Source: Planctomycetota bacterium
Lineage (GTDB): Bacteria; Planctomycetota; UBA11346
Direction of reading: 5' to 3'
Assembly (NCBI GenBank): GCA_038213805.1
Contig: JBBQSO010000011.1
Location: forward strand, 24,689-88,688
DNA: 64,000 bases
Shown here piece by piece: positions 51,472-60,813 of this stretch. Position 1 is the stretch's first letter, and each line of letters opens with the position of its first letter. A model generated the notes under the pieces. That model was not told the DNA's origin, searched no databases, and worked only from the letters and a program-made list of their open reading frames with translations. The translations under genes were made by a program, and so were the position numbers.

Positions 51472-52406
51472 TGTCCGCCCACGACGAAACCCATCTCCCG
51501 GAGCAGCCGGAGCTCACCCATCCGCTGCTGTGGACCGTCTGCCTGCTCACTGCCATCGTGGTGCTGAGCTGGTGGTTCTTCGACTGGCTTTCCTCTGGCC
51601 GCGTCGATGGGCGCAAGCACGAGCGTCTCGAGCGCCACAGCGTGATCGGCGAGCCCGACCACCTCAAGCTCATCGCCGACCGTACGCCGGCGGTCATCGC
51701 CGCGGGCGCGATCCTCTATTCGAAGAACTGCGCTTCTTGCCACGGAGCCAATGGCGTGCCCGGTCCCGCCAGCGGCACGCCGCCGCGCAACTTCCACGTC
51801 GACGGCTTCAAGAACGATCTGGGCGGCGGTCCCTACGGCTTCTACACCGTGCTCTCCAAGGGCTACGGCGGCAACATGCCGAGCTTCCCGGGTCTGACCG
51901 CAGAGCAGAAGTACGCGATCGTGCATTACGTGCGCGAGACCTTCATCAAACCCGACAACGCCAAGAACTACGTTGCCCAGGACAGCGAGGCGGTGACCAA
52001 GCAGATCCCGCCGCCCGGAGCCGCCGGCACCGACGGTGGCGAGAAGGTCAGCCCCGACCAGCTCGAGGTCGCGGCCCCAGTGCAGCGCCTGATGGCTGGC
52101 ATGGCCAAGGCCGAGGGCGTGCGCCTGCACGACGACGCGGTGTGGCTGGCCGCGGCGCTTACCGCGACGCCGCCCGCGAAGCGCAGCCTGCTGGTCGAGA
52201 TCTGGCATCTGGAACGCAACCGCCCTGGCCTGGTGGCCGAAGTCCGCCACGCGGTTGCGGATGGCGACCATGTTCGTTTCGCGGCGCTGCTGACCGGCGC
52301 CGACGGCTCCGGGGTGGTGCGTCCGGTCTTCGCGCTGGCCAGCGCCGACGAGCTGGCGGGGGCTTTCACGGCGCTCGCTTCGATCCGTGCCGAAGGGGGC
52401 AAGTGA
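51471..52406 (+). CDS. Membrane-anchored monoheme cytochrome c with a C-terminal non-heme domain
   Basis: One TM, CASCH, PPRNF, NMP. Confidence 0.85.
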   Translation: MSAHDETHLPEQPELTHPLLWTVCLLTAIVVLSWWFFDWLSSGRVDGRKHERLERHSVIGEPDHLKLIADRTPAVIAAGAILYSKNCASCHGANGVPGPASGTPPRNFHVDGFKNDLGGGPYGFYTVLSKGYGGNMPSFPGLTAEQKYAIVHYVRETFIKPDNAKNYVAQDSEAVTKQIPPPGAAGTDGGEKVSPDQLEVAAPVQRLMAGMAKAEGVRLHDDAVWLAAALTATPPAKRSLLVEIWHLERNRPGLVAEVRHAVADGDHVRFAALLTGADGSGVVRPVFALASADELAGAFTALASIRAEGGK

Positions 52407-53677
52407 TGTCGCTGCGGTTCCTGTACCTCCTGCTGCTGTGCCTGGCGCTCGGCGCGCCTGCGCTGTCCGCTGCCGACGAGGCGGTGGCGCCAGCGGCGCC
52501 CCTTGCCGCCACGGTCGCCTCGCCCGCTCCCGCCCCCACCCTGGCCGCGACGGTCGACCAGTTCGTCGCGCTGCTGAACCCCAACATCTACGCCCTCGAC
52601 GAGAACGGCAACCCCACCATCGTCACCAAGAACCCGTTCAACGCCCCGGCCAGCGACGTCGCGCGCCGCGTGGTCAGCATGACCTGGTTCAGCTCCATCG
52701 TGTTCCTGCCCTTCCTGATCCTGCCACTGGTGCTGCTGCTGGTGGTGATCTGGAAGTTCCGCGACCGCGGTGATGGGCGTAAGCCGGCGACCTTTACCCA
52801 CAACACGCGCATCGAGATCATCTGGACGGCCATCCCATGTCTCGCGCTGGCGGTGGTCGCGATGCCGGTCTACGAGGTGCTTTACTACATGGAGCTGCCG
52901 CCCGCCGACAAGAAGGACCAGCAGGTCATCACCGTCACCGGTAAGCAGTTCGCCTGGGACTACGAGTACAAGGGCATCTACAAGGACTCGAGCGCGTTGA
53001 AGAAGGAGTCGCTGACCACCGGCCAGGACATCGCCGGCATGCAGGAGCCGGTAATTCTGACCAAGGGCCGCACGGTGGTGCTCAACATCACCTCGCAGGA
53101 CGTCAATCACGCCTGGTGGGTCCCGGCCTTCGGCGTCAAGAAGGACGCCATCATGGGTCGTTTCACCAACACCTGGTTCACCCCGGACACGCTCGGCATC
53201 TACAAGGGCCAGTGCGCCGAACTCTGCGGCCGCGACCACGGCATGATGCTGATCAGTGCGGTGGTGGTCGAGGACGAGACCGCGGCCCGCTACTACGAGC
53301 TGCTCCGCCACCGCGACGACACCCGACCGGTGTGGGATGCGATCAAGCCAGCGCCCGGAACCGCCTTCGACGCCGACAAGCTGAAGGCTGCGATCGCTGC
53401 ATACCTGGGCAAGGAGCCCAGCGCTGCCCACCGCTTCGCGCTGAGCTACTGGATCGCTTCGAACTACGCCTCGTGGCTGCGCGGCCTGCCCCCGGCCAAC
53501 AGCTCGTTCGCCGAGCAGCTTGGCATCGCCAAGCCTGCCGGTGATGCCCGTCAAACCGACAAGGCCCTCCAGGACGCGGTGCGCGCGCGCCGCAAGCTGG
53601 TCGATGACCTGCTCGCCGCCGTCACCATCCCCGTGCCCGCTGGCGAGCCTGTGCTCGCCGCACACCAGGCGCCGTAG
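52406..53677 (+). CDS. coxB: Cytochrome c oxidase subunit II (CuA), no fused heme c
   Basis: HNTRIEIIWTAIP; DVNHAWWVP; CAELCGRDHGMM; no CxxCH in the tail. Confidence 0.95.
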   Translation: MSLRFLYLLLLCLALGAPALSAADEAVAPAAPLAATVASPAPAPTLAATVDQFVALLNPNIYALDENGNPTIVTKNPFNAPASDVARRVVSMTWFSSIVFLPFLILPLVLLLVVIWKFRDRGDGRKPATFTHNTRIEIIWTAIPCLALAVVAMPVYEVLYYMELPPADKKDQQVITVTGKQFAWDYEYKGIYKDSSALKKESLTTGQDIAGMQEPVILTKGRTVVLNITSQDVNHAWWVPAFGVKKDAIMGRFTNTWFTPDTLGIYKGQCAELCGRDHGMMLISAVVVEDETAARYYELLRHRDDTRPVWDAIKPAPGTAFDADKLKAAIAAYLGKEPSAAHRFALSYWIASNYASWLRGLPPANSSFAEQLGIAKPAGDARQTDKALQDAVRARRKLVDDLLAAVTIPVPAGEPVLAAHQAP

Positions 53678-53685
53678 GAGCCCCC

Positions 53686-55383
53686 ATGCAACGCACCGCC
53701 AACGAGCCGATGCCGTCGCTCGAGATCAAGCGCTACTCCGGGCTGATGGACTGGTTGACCACCGTCGATCACAAGAAGATCGGCCTGATGTACTTCTGGT
53801 TCACCGTCACCATGGGCCTGGTCGGTGGGGCCATGGCCGGGATGATCCGCTTCCAGCTCGCCACCCCTGGCGCGGTGATCGAGGCCCTGCAGGCCGCGCA
53901 CATCGCTGGCGTGCAGGAGCCGTTCAGCCTGTTCAGCGGCCATGACGGCCTGTTCGGCGATCAGGACCTGTTCAACCAATTCGTCACCATGCACGCGTCG
54001 GTGATGATCTTCTTCACCATCATCCCCGGCTTCATCGCCTTCGCCAACTACATCGTGCCGATCATGGTCGGCGCGCGCGACATGGCGTTTCCGAAGTTGA
54101 ACGCCTTCGGCTTCTGGCTGCTCATCCCGGCCGCGCTGCTGATGCTCTCGAGCTTCTTCGTGCAGGGGGGCGCGGCCGCCTCGGGATGGACCGCCTACCC
54201 GCCGCTGTCGCTGCTTGGCGCGGGCGTCAAGCCGGGCCAGGACATGTGGGTGATGGGCATCCACCTCGCGGGCGTCAGCTCGATCCTCGCGGCGATCAAC
54301 TTCATCGTCACCATCGCCAACCTCAAGGCGCCGGAGATGAAGTGGAGTCAGCTGCCGCTGTTCGCCTGGGCGACCATGTTCGTGTCGATCATCCAGCTCA
54401 CCGCCACTCCGGTGCTGGCGGCGGCCGTGACTATGATCCTGATGGACCGCAACTTCGGCACCAACTTCACGCGCGCCTCGGCGGGCGGCGACCCGATCCT
54501 CTACCAGCACATCTTCTGGTTCTACAGCCACCCCGCGGTCTACATCATGATCCTGCCCGGTTTCGGCGCGATCAGCCACGTCATCGCGGCGTTCTCGCGC
54601 AAGAAGATCTTCGGCTACATGGGCATGGTCATCGCCACCGGCTCGATCACCGGCCTCGGCTTCATGGTGTGGGCGCACCACATGTTCTCCGTCGGCATGC
54701 CGACCATCCTGCAGGCCTACTTCATGTACGCCTCGCTGGTCATCGGCGTGCCGACCGGCATCAAGATCTTCTCGTGGCTGGCGACCATGTGGGGGGGATC
54801 GATCCGCTTCACCACGGCGATGAAGTTCGCCTGCGGCTTCATCGTGCTGTTCACCCTCGGCGGCTTCGGCGGCCTGATCCTGGCCCTGGTGCCGATCGAC
54901 ATCACGCTCACCGACACGTACTTCGTGGTCGGCCACTTCCACATGGTCCTGGTCGGCGGCTCGGTGATGCTGCTGTTCGCGATGACCTACTTCTGGTGGC
55001 CCAAGATGAGCGGCCATTTCCTCAGCGAGAAGGCCGGTTCATGGGTGTTCTGGCTGATGTTCATCGGCGTTTTCCTGGCCTTCTTCGCCATGCATCTGAG
55101 CGGCGCCAACGGCATGGCCAGACGCGTGCCGGTGTACTACGCCGATTTCAAGTTCTCGAACTACCTGACCACCGTGGGCTACCTGCTGACCTTCGCATCG
55201 GCGGTGATCTTCTTTATCGATCTGATCGTCAGCTACCGGCGCCCGAAGATCACCGTTGACGACCCGTGGAACATCAACGACGTCCAGCAGGGCTTCGAGT
55301 GGGCGACCAGCTGCCCACCGCCGGTCTATAACTTCGTCAAGGTGCCGCCCATCCCGGTCGCCGACCAGATGGGCCATCACTGA
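53686..55383 (+). CDS. coxA: Cytochrome c oxidase subunit I, A2 type
   Basis: DHKKIG, TMH, DMAFP.LN, FWFYSHPAVY, WAHHM, PTGIK, GHFH. Confidence 0.97.
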   Translation: MQRTANEPMPSLEIKRYSGLMDWLTTVDHKKIGLMYFWFTVTMGLVGGAMAGMIRFQLATPGAVIEALQAAHIAGVQEPFSLFSGHDGLFGDQDLFNQFVTMHASVMIFFTIIPGFIAFANYIVPIMVGARDMAFPKLNAFGFWLLIPAALLMLSSFFVQGGAAASGWTAYPPLSLLGAGVKPGQDMWVMGIHLAGVSSILAAINFIVTIANLKAPEMKWSQLPLFAWATMFVSIIQLTATPVLAAAVTMILMDRNFGTNFTRASAGGDPILYQHIFWFYSHPAVYIMILPGFGAISHVIAAFSRKKIFGYMGMVIATGSITGLGFMVWAHHMFSVGMPTILQAYFMYASLVIGVPTGIKIFSWLATMWGGSIRFTTAMKFACGFIVLFTLGGFGGLILALVPIDITLTDTYFVVGHFHMVLVGGSVMLLFAMTYFWWPKMSGHFLSEKAGSWVFWLMFIGVFLAFFAMHLSGANGMARRVPVYYADFKFSNYLTTVGYLLTFASAVIFFIDLIVSYRRPKITVDDPWNINDVQQGFEWATSCPPPVYNFVKVPPIPVADQMGHH

Positions 55384-55476
55384 GCCTGATGGCGCGCGCC
55401 TACGTGCGCTGCTTTCCGCGTCTCGATCCGCGCCGCTTCCCGAGGTCCATGTCCTGTGCTCACCGCCTCACCACCC

Positions 55477-56619
55477 ATGGCCTCCGGCCTCGGCTCCGCG
55501 ACTGACGCGGGACGCGGGGTGGCGTCGGTGGCGCCGTGGCTGGGCGTGCTGTTCGTGATGCTGTTCGCGCTGAACACCATCGGCGGCTGGGTGCGCCTCT
55601 CCGGTTCGGGCGTGGCGATCCCGCAGTGGCCGATCATCAATGGCAGCCTGCTGCCGCCGCTGACCGCCGCGGGTTGGACTGCGGTCAAGGCCGGCTACGA
55701 CACGGACCAGGAGCGTCTCGCCGAGCGCGTGCGCCGCGGCGAGCTCGCTCCCGGCAACCTTGGTCGCCAGGCCGGCGACCTCGCCGAGTTCAAGGGCATG
55801 TTCCTGACCGAGTGGAGCCACCGCCTGCTCGCCGCCCTGGTCGGCGTACTTGGTGCCGGCTGCGTGACCGTGGCCCTGCGTCGCGCCGACCTGCGCCCTC
55901 GCATCGGCGGGCCGATGGCGGTGGCCGGCATCTTCATCATCGCCCAGGCCGCGCTCGGTGGCCTGCTGGTGCAGAACGGCACCAACACCCATTGGTTGTT
56001 CCTGCACCAGGCGAATGCCGGCATCGTGCTCGGTTGTGTCCTGGTGGCGATCCTGCGCCTGCTGGATGGCGAGCGCGTCACGCGCCCGCGCCCCACGGCG
56101 TTGGCGGTGCTGGTCCACGCCGCCCTGGCGCTGGCGTGGCTGCAGCTGGTATGCGGTGCGCTGGTCGCGGGCAGCCGCGCCAACGAGCCGACGGTGATCT
56201 CGCAGGCCTGGAAGATGTCGCCCGCCTTCCTGTGGGAGGGCTTCAAGCCGCTGTCCTGGAATCTGCTCGATAACGCCGCGCTGCACCAGTGGATCCACCA
56301 CTGGATGGCGACCCTGCTGGTGGCGACGCTGGTCGCCCTGTACGTGGTCGCATGGCGAGGGGCGCAGGTGCCGGAGCGGCTGCGTCTGGCCCTGCGCATC
56401 TCGGCGACCTTCGTCGCGGTGCAGGTCGTGCTCGGCATCGGCAACGTCTACAGCGGCTTCACCCCGCTGGTCTCGCTCGCACACCAGTTCATGGGCATGT
56501 GCCTGCTGATGAGTCTGGTGCTGGCGGCATTCGACGTGCGCCGCGGTGCCGGTGCGCGGCTGGTGGGCGCGGCTTCACAGCCGGTGGTCGCGGCCGGGTC
56601 GGCAGGGGGGCTGCCATGA
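55477..56619 (+). CDS. ctaA: Heme A synthase, type 2 (Cox15-like)
   Basis: GGWVRLSGSG, LPPLT..W, EFK..F..EWSHR, LHQ, WIHH, LAHQ; no N-terminal Cys pair. Confidence 0.88.
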   Translation: MASGLGSATDAGRGVASVAPWLGVLFVMLFALNTIGGWVRLSGSGVAIPQWPIINGSLLPPLTAAGWTAVKAGYDTDQERLAERVRRGELAPGNLGRQAGDLAEFKGMFLTEWSHRLLAALVGVLGAGCVTVALRRADLRPRIGGPMAVAGIFIIAQAALGGLLVQNGTNTHWLFLHQANAGIVLGCVLVAILRLLDGERVTRPRPTALAVLVHAALALAWLQLVCGALVAGSRANEPTVISQAWKMSPAFLWEGFKPLSWNLLDNAALHQWIHHWMATLLVATLVALYVVAWRGAQVPERLRLALRISATFVAVQVVLGIGNVYSGFTPLVSLAHQFMGMCLLMSLVLAAFDVRRGAGARLVGAASQPVVAAGSAGGLP

Positions 56620-57545
56620 CCGCTCTCGCCCTGCGCGCGCCGGCGGCGCGAAAGGCCATCCGCTTAGCGCGGCTGGTGAAGGACCTGCTCATCCTCACCA
56701 AGTACCGCATCACCCTCGTGGCGATCTTCACCGGCTACGCGGCGATCGTGGTCGAGGGACATCATGCCACCGACTGGCCCTTCATCTGGCCATGCCTGAT
56801 CGCACTATTCGCGGTCGGGGGGGTGGCCAACACCCTCAATCAGATCTTCGAGCTGAAGAAGGATGCGCTGATGAACCGTACGCGCGCGCGGCGGCCGTTG
56901 CCGTCCGGACGCATCAGCGTGGGCGGGGCGTGGCTGTTCGCGATCGTGCAGCTGATCATCGCCGAGTGGATCCTGCTCGGCTACTACGGCAGCTGGCTGG
57001 CCGCTGGGCTGGGCCTGGCCACGGTCATCTACTACAGCTTCTTCTACACCCTGTGGCTCAAGCCGCGCCACTGGCTGAACATCGTCATCGGCGGCGTGCC
57101 GGGCGCGATGGGCCCGCTGATCGCGTGGGCGGCGATGTGCGACCGCATCGACCTCGCGCCGCTGGCGATGTTCGGTTTGATTTTCCTGTGGACGCCGCCG
57201 CACGTGTGGGCGCTGGCCATCCGCCTGAAGGAGGATTACGCGCGCGCCGGCATCCCGATGCTGCCGGTGGTCAAGGGCGTGGACGAGACCACCCGTCAGA
57301 TCTTCATCTACACCATCGTGCTGGTCGCGGCGACGCTGGCCGTGCCGGTGCTGGTGCCGGCCTTCGAGCGCAGCCCGTTCTACACCGGCTTGGCGCTGGT
57401 CCTGGGCGCGGTGTTTCTGGGCTGGACGCTGGTACTGTGGCGCCACCGCCCGGTGCTGCCGACCATGCCGCTGTTCCGCTTCTCGATCATCTACATCGCG
57501 GCGCTGTTCGTCGGCATGATCGCCGACGCCTTCGCCAAACGCTGA
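56616..57545 (+). CDS. ctaB: Protoheme IX farnesyltransferase
   Basis: DALMNRTR.RPLPSG, YTLWLK, NIVIGG.PGA, WTPPH, DYARAGIPMLP. Confidence 0.95.
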   Translation: MTALALRAPAARKAIRLARLVKDLLILTKYRITLVAIFTGYAAIVVEGHHATDWPFIWPCLIALFAVGGVANTLNQIFELKKDALMNRTRARRPLPSGRISVGGAWLFAIVQLIIAEWILLGYYGSWLAAGLGLATVIYYSFFYTLWLKPRHWLNIVIGGVPGAMGPLIAWAAMCDRIDLAPLAMFGLIFLWTPPHVWALAIRLKEDYARAGIPMLPVVKGVDETTRQIFIYTIVLVAATLAVPVLVPAFERSPFYTGLALVLGAVFLGWTLVLWRHRPVLPTMPLFRFSIIYIAALFVGMIADAFAKR

Positions 57546-57551
57546 AGATCC

Positions 57552-58277
57552 ATGGACCACGCCGCCCACCCACCACTGCCTTCGCCCCTGCCCGCGGGCC
57601 GCGCGGCCGCGGCGGGCCGCGGCCGGCGGCTGCTCATCGCGCTGGTGACGTTGCCGGTGGTGATGCTGGTGTTCTTCCTGTTCTTCTTCAAGGCGTTCTA
57701 CGGACTGTGGTGCCGGATGTCGGGCACCCAGCTCAGTCCGAACAACCCGGCGGCGGCGCTCGCCCCGACGGTGCACACCGGCCGTTTCATCACCATCAAT
57801 TTCGAAGGCTCGCCCTACGACGAACTGCCGGTGCGCTTCTACCCCGACCAGGCTGAGATCCAGTACGAGGTCGGCACGGACGGTCGCAACACCTACCACT
57901 TCAAGAACATCTCCGACGAGGTGGTGGCCTTCCGGCCGATCCATCAGGTCAGCCCGATCGCGGCCACCACCGCGTTCGGCATGAAGGTGTGCTTCTGCTT
58001 CACCAACCAGACCATCGGCCCGCACGAGACCCGCGATTTTCCGGTGGTGTTCACCTTCAATCAGGACCTCGATCCGCGCATCCGGACCGTGACTATCCGC
58101 TACGGACTGTTCCGCATGCGCGCGGGGGACGAGAACGACGCACTGCTGAAGCGTCGTCAGGAGCAGATCATGGGCGAAGGCATCGTCACGCCTGGCGCCG
58201 CGGGCAATCCGCCGCTGGGCGGCGCGCCCTCCGCGCCCTCCGCGCCGGCCCTGCCAGGCAAGGTTCCCGCGCCATGA
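57552..58277 (+). CDS. ctaG: Cox11-type copper chaperone
   Basis: TM, LWCRMSG, KVCFCF..Q, PVVF, LDP...VTIRY. Confidence 0.9.
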   Translation: MDHAAHPPLPSPLPAGRAAAAGRGRRLLIALVTLPVVMLVFFLFFFKAFYGLWCRMSGTQLSPNNPAAALAPTVHTGRFITINFEGSPYDELPVRFYPDQAEIQYEVGTDGRNTYHFKNISDEVVAFRPIHQVSPIAATTAFGMKVCFCFTNQTIGPHETRDFPVVFTFNQDLDPRIRTVTIRYGLFRMRAGDENDALLKRRQEQIMGEGIVTPGAAGNPPLGGAPSAPSAPALPGKVPAP

Positions 58278-58501
58278 ACGACACCAGTCCGATCCCGGCC
58301 GATCTGCGCCGTAAGAACCTGATCCTTGGCCTTGCCCTGGGCGGCCTCAGCCTTGCCCTGATGGTGGCCTTCATCATCATTTTCACCCACTCTGGACTCC
58401 CCAAGGATCCCAAGGAATGGCAACGCCTGCAGGCCGCCCACGCGGCGGATGCGGGGGTTCCAGTCCCAACGGATGGCGCAGCGAAGGAACCGGCACGATG
58501 A
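58274..58501 (+). CDS. Small single-TM protein (75 aa)
   Basis: ATGA overlaps on both sides; RRKNLILGLALGGLSLALMVAFIIIF. Confidence 0.75.
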   Translation: MNDTSPIPADLRRKNLILGLALGGLSLALMVAFIIIFTHSGLPKDPKEWQRLQAAHAADAGVPVPTDGAAKEPAR

Positions 58502-59364
58502 GCGACCACGTCCCCACGGCTGAGCACGACAGCCATGAAGATCCGATGAGCCACGTGCCGCCGCCGAGCCTGTGGCCGCTGCTGGTCACGGGCGGGCTGA
58601 CCCTGGTGCCCTTCGGCGTGGTCTCGCTGCTCGGCACGCTCAACAAGTCGTGGTGGTGGGGTCCGCTGACCAACCCCACCGTCGGCCTGATCCTCGTCGG
58701 CCTGGGCGGCCTCATTTTCCTGTATTGTCTGATGGGCTGGTGCAACCAGATCATCCGCGAGAAGCTGATCAGCCACGACGTGGCCAAGCAGCAGACCGAC
58801 CTGCAGGCCTTCATCCTGCTCTTCCTCACCGGCGAGCTGATGGCCTTCGGCGCGGTGTTCAGCTACTTTTATTATAAGAAGTTCTGGGACCCGCAATTCG
58901 GTCCGGTCGAAGGCATGGAGTTCGGCGGCCCGACCGTCGCGTACGCCACCTTCCTGCTGTTGTTCAGCTCGGTGACCTGCGAATTCGCGCACCACGCCCT
59001 GCAGCACCACAAGGTGATGACGGCCAAGATCCTGTTCGTCGCCACGATCCTGCTCGGCGTCGCCTTCCTCGGCTTCCAGGGCTATGAGTGGGGCGAGCTC
59101 ATCCAGAAGGGCTTCTACCCGACTGGTGAGGCGATCAGCGACTCTTCGGCATCGGCGTTCGCGTCGTGCTTCTACGTCGGCACCGGCTTTCACGGCCTGC
59201 ACGTCGCCATCGGCCTGATCATGCTGTTCATGGTGCTGATGCGCCTCGAATTCGGCCACTTCCAGGGCAAGCGCCACTTCGCAGTGGTGGCGGCCTCGTG
59301 GTACTGGCACTTCGTCGACATCGTGTGGGTGCTGCTGTTCATCACCGTCTACGTGGTCGGGTGA
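58498..59364 (+). CDS. coxC: Cytochrome c oxidase subunit III (long form)
   Basis: PSLWP, GELMAF, TGFHGLHV, WYWHFVDIVW. Confidence 0.95.
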   Translation: MSDHVPTAEHDSHEDPMSHVPPPSLWPLLVTGGLTLVPFGVVSLLGTLNKSWWWGPLTNPTVGLILVGLGGLIFLYCLMGWCNQIIREKLISHDVAKQQTDLQAFILLFLTGELMAFGAVFSYFYYKKFWDPQFGPVEGMEFGGPTVAYATFLLLFSSVTCEFAHHALQHHKVMTAKILFVATILLGVAFLGFQGYEWGELIQKGFYPTGEAISDSSASAFASCFYVGTGFHGLHVAIGLIMLFMVLMRLEFGHFQGKRHFAVVAASWYWHFVDIVWVLLFITVYVVG

Positions 59365-60737
59365 GCGGCGCCGCGCCCGCAGCGGCGCCGGGCGCGCCCC
59401 GTCGCGCCGAGCTCGGCATCGTCTTTCTGGTGCTGCTGATAGATCTGATCGGCTTCAGCATCGTCTTCCCGCTGCTCGCGGACATGCTGGAGTACTACGG
59501 GCAGCATGACCAGGGCCTGCTCGCTTGGGCGATGGCTGGCGTCGACCGGATCTTCCCGCACAGCGATCCCGGCCAGCGCGCGGCGCTGTTCGGTGGCCTG
59601 ATCGGCTCGCTTTACGCCACCTTGCAGTTCTTCGCGTCGCCCTACTGGGGCAGGTTGTCGGACCGCATCGGGCGGCGCCCGGTGCTGCTGCTATCGATCG
59701 GCGGCAACGCGTGCGCCTACCTGCTGTGGGTATTCTCCGGAAATTTCACCGTGCTGCTGGTGTCGCGTATGCTCGCCGGGATCATGACCGGCAGCGTCTC
59801 GGCGGCAAACGCTGCGGTCGCAGATCTGACCACACTCGAGACCCGCGCACGCGGCATGGGCTTCATCGGCATGGCCTTCGGCCTGGGCTTCATCATCGGG
59901 CCGGCCATCGGCGGGTTGGGCTATGCCTACCTGCCGCGTCTCGACCAGGTTCCTGCGCTGGCGGCGCTGGGTGCAAACCCATTCTCGAGCTGCGCGCTGA
60001 TCGCTTTCGCGCTCGGGACCTTCAACTTCGTCTGGTGCCTGCGGCGTTTCCGCGAGACCCTGCCGCCCGAGCGGCGCCACGCCGGCGGCGAAGCCGGGCA
60101 GCGGACGTCCAACCCGCTGCGCCTGTTCAGCTCCGGGGTGTTCGGCGCGGTGGTGGCGCGCGTCAATGCCACCTTCTGCATCTACACCCTGCTGTTCTCG
60201 GGCATGGAGGCGACCATGGTCTTCCTCGCTGCGCAGGCCTGCGGCTTCACGCCCAAGGATAACGGCATGCTGTTCGTGATGATGGGGGTGATCTCGGCAT
60301 TGATGCAGGGCTTCCTCTTCCGCCGCCTGGCGCCGCGCATCGGTCAGAAGCCGCTCGCCATGGCCGGCCTGGCCGCGAGCATCCCGGGGTTCGCGTTGCT
60401 CGCCCTGGTGAACTGGTTCCCGCACACCGCCGTGCTGGTTGCGGGCGCGGCAGTGCTGGCCGTCGGCACCGGATTGAGCTTCCCGGCGCTCAGCACCATG
60501 GTCAGTCTCGGCGCGGATCCGCTGCGACAGGGATGGGTGCTGGGGTCGTTCCGCTCTGCGGGTGCGCTTGGGCGCGCCTTCGGGCCGCTGCTGGCGGCGG
60601 TAGTGTATTTCCGCTTCAGCCCGGCGGCGCCCTATGTGGTGGGGGCGGTCGGGCTGCTGGTGCCGCTGGCGCTGATGGCGGGGACGCGCGGTGGGCGTAG
60701 TCCGGAAGTCCGGAGTCCAGAAGTCGCGCCCAGCTGA
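59361..60737 (+). CDS. MFS transporter, TetA/DHA1-like
   Basis: DLIGFSIVFP, GRLSDRIGRRPVLL, AFGLGFIIGPAIGG, ETLP; GTGA overlap with coxC. Confidence 0.9.
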   Translation: MSGAAPAAAPGAPRRAELGIVFLVLLIDLIGFSIVFPLLADMLEYYGQHDQGLLAWAMAGVDRIFPHSDPGQRAALFGGLIGSLYATLQFFASPYWGRLSDRIGRRPVLLLSIGGNACAYLLWVFSGNFTVLLVSRMLAGIMTGSVSAANAAVADLTTLETRARGMGFIGMAFGLGFIIGPAIGGLGYAYLPRLDQVPALAALGANPFSSCALIAFALGTFNFVWCLRRFRETLPPERRHAGGEAGQRTSNPLRLFSSGVFGAVVARVNATFCIYTLLFSGMEATMVFLAAQACGFTPKDNGMLFVMMGVISALMQGFLFRRLAPRIGQKPLAMAGLAASIPGFALLALVNWFPHTAVLVAGAAVLAVGTGLSFPALSTMVSLGADPLRQGWVLGSFRSAGALGRAFGPLLAAVVYFRFSPAAPYVVGAVGLLVPLALMAGTRGGRSPEVRSPEVAPS

Positions 60738-60807
60738 CGATCTAAACTCGTCGCAGTACGCATAGGCTGTCGACTTCCGGACCCCCGGACCGCCGGACTT
60801 CCGGACT
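60699..60807. repeat. Imperfect inverted array of the GACTTCCG/CGGAAGTC repeat
   Basis: Left arm agtccgga agtccgg agtccaga agtcg (60699-60726); right arm cgacttccgg acccccgg accgccgg acttccgg act (60771-60807). Confidence 0.8.
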
Positions 60808-60813
60808 CTCTTC

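Noticed and set aside
51368..53677. 769-aa ORF implying an N-terminally extended CoxB
   Set aside because: The upstream part overlaps the cytochrome c gene out of frame; the signal peptide starts at 52406.
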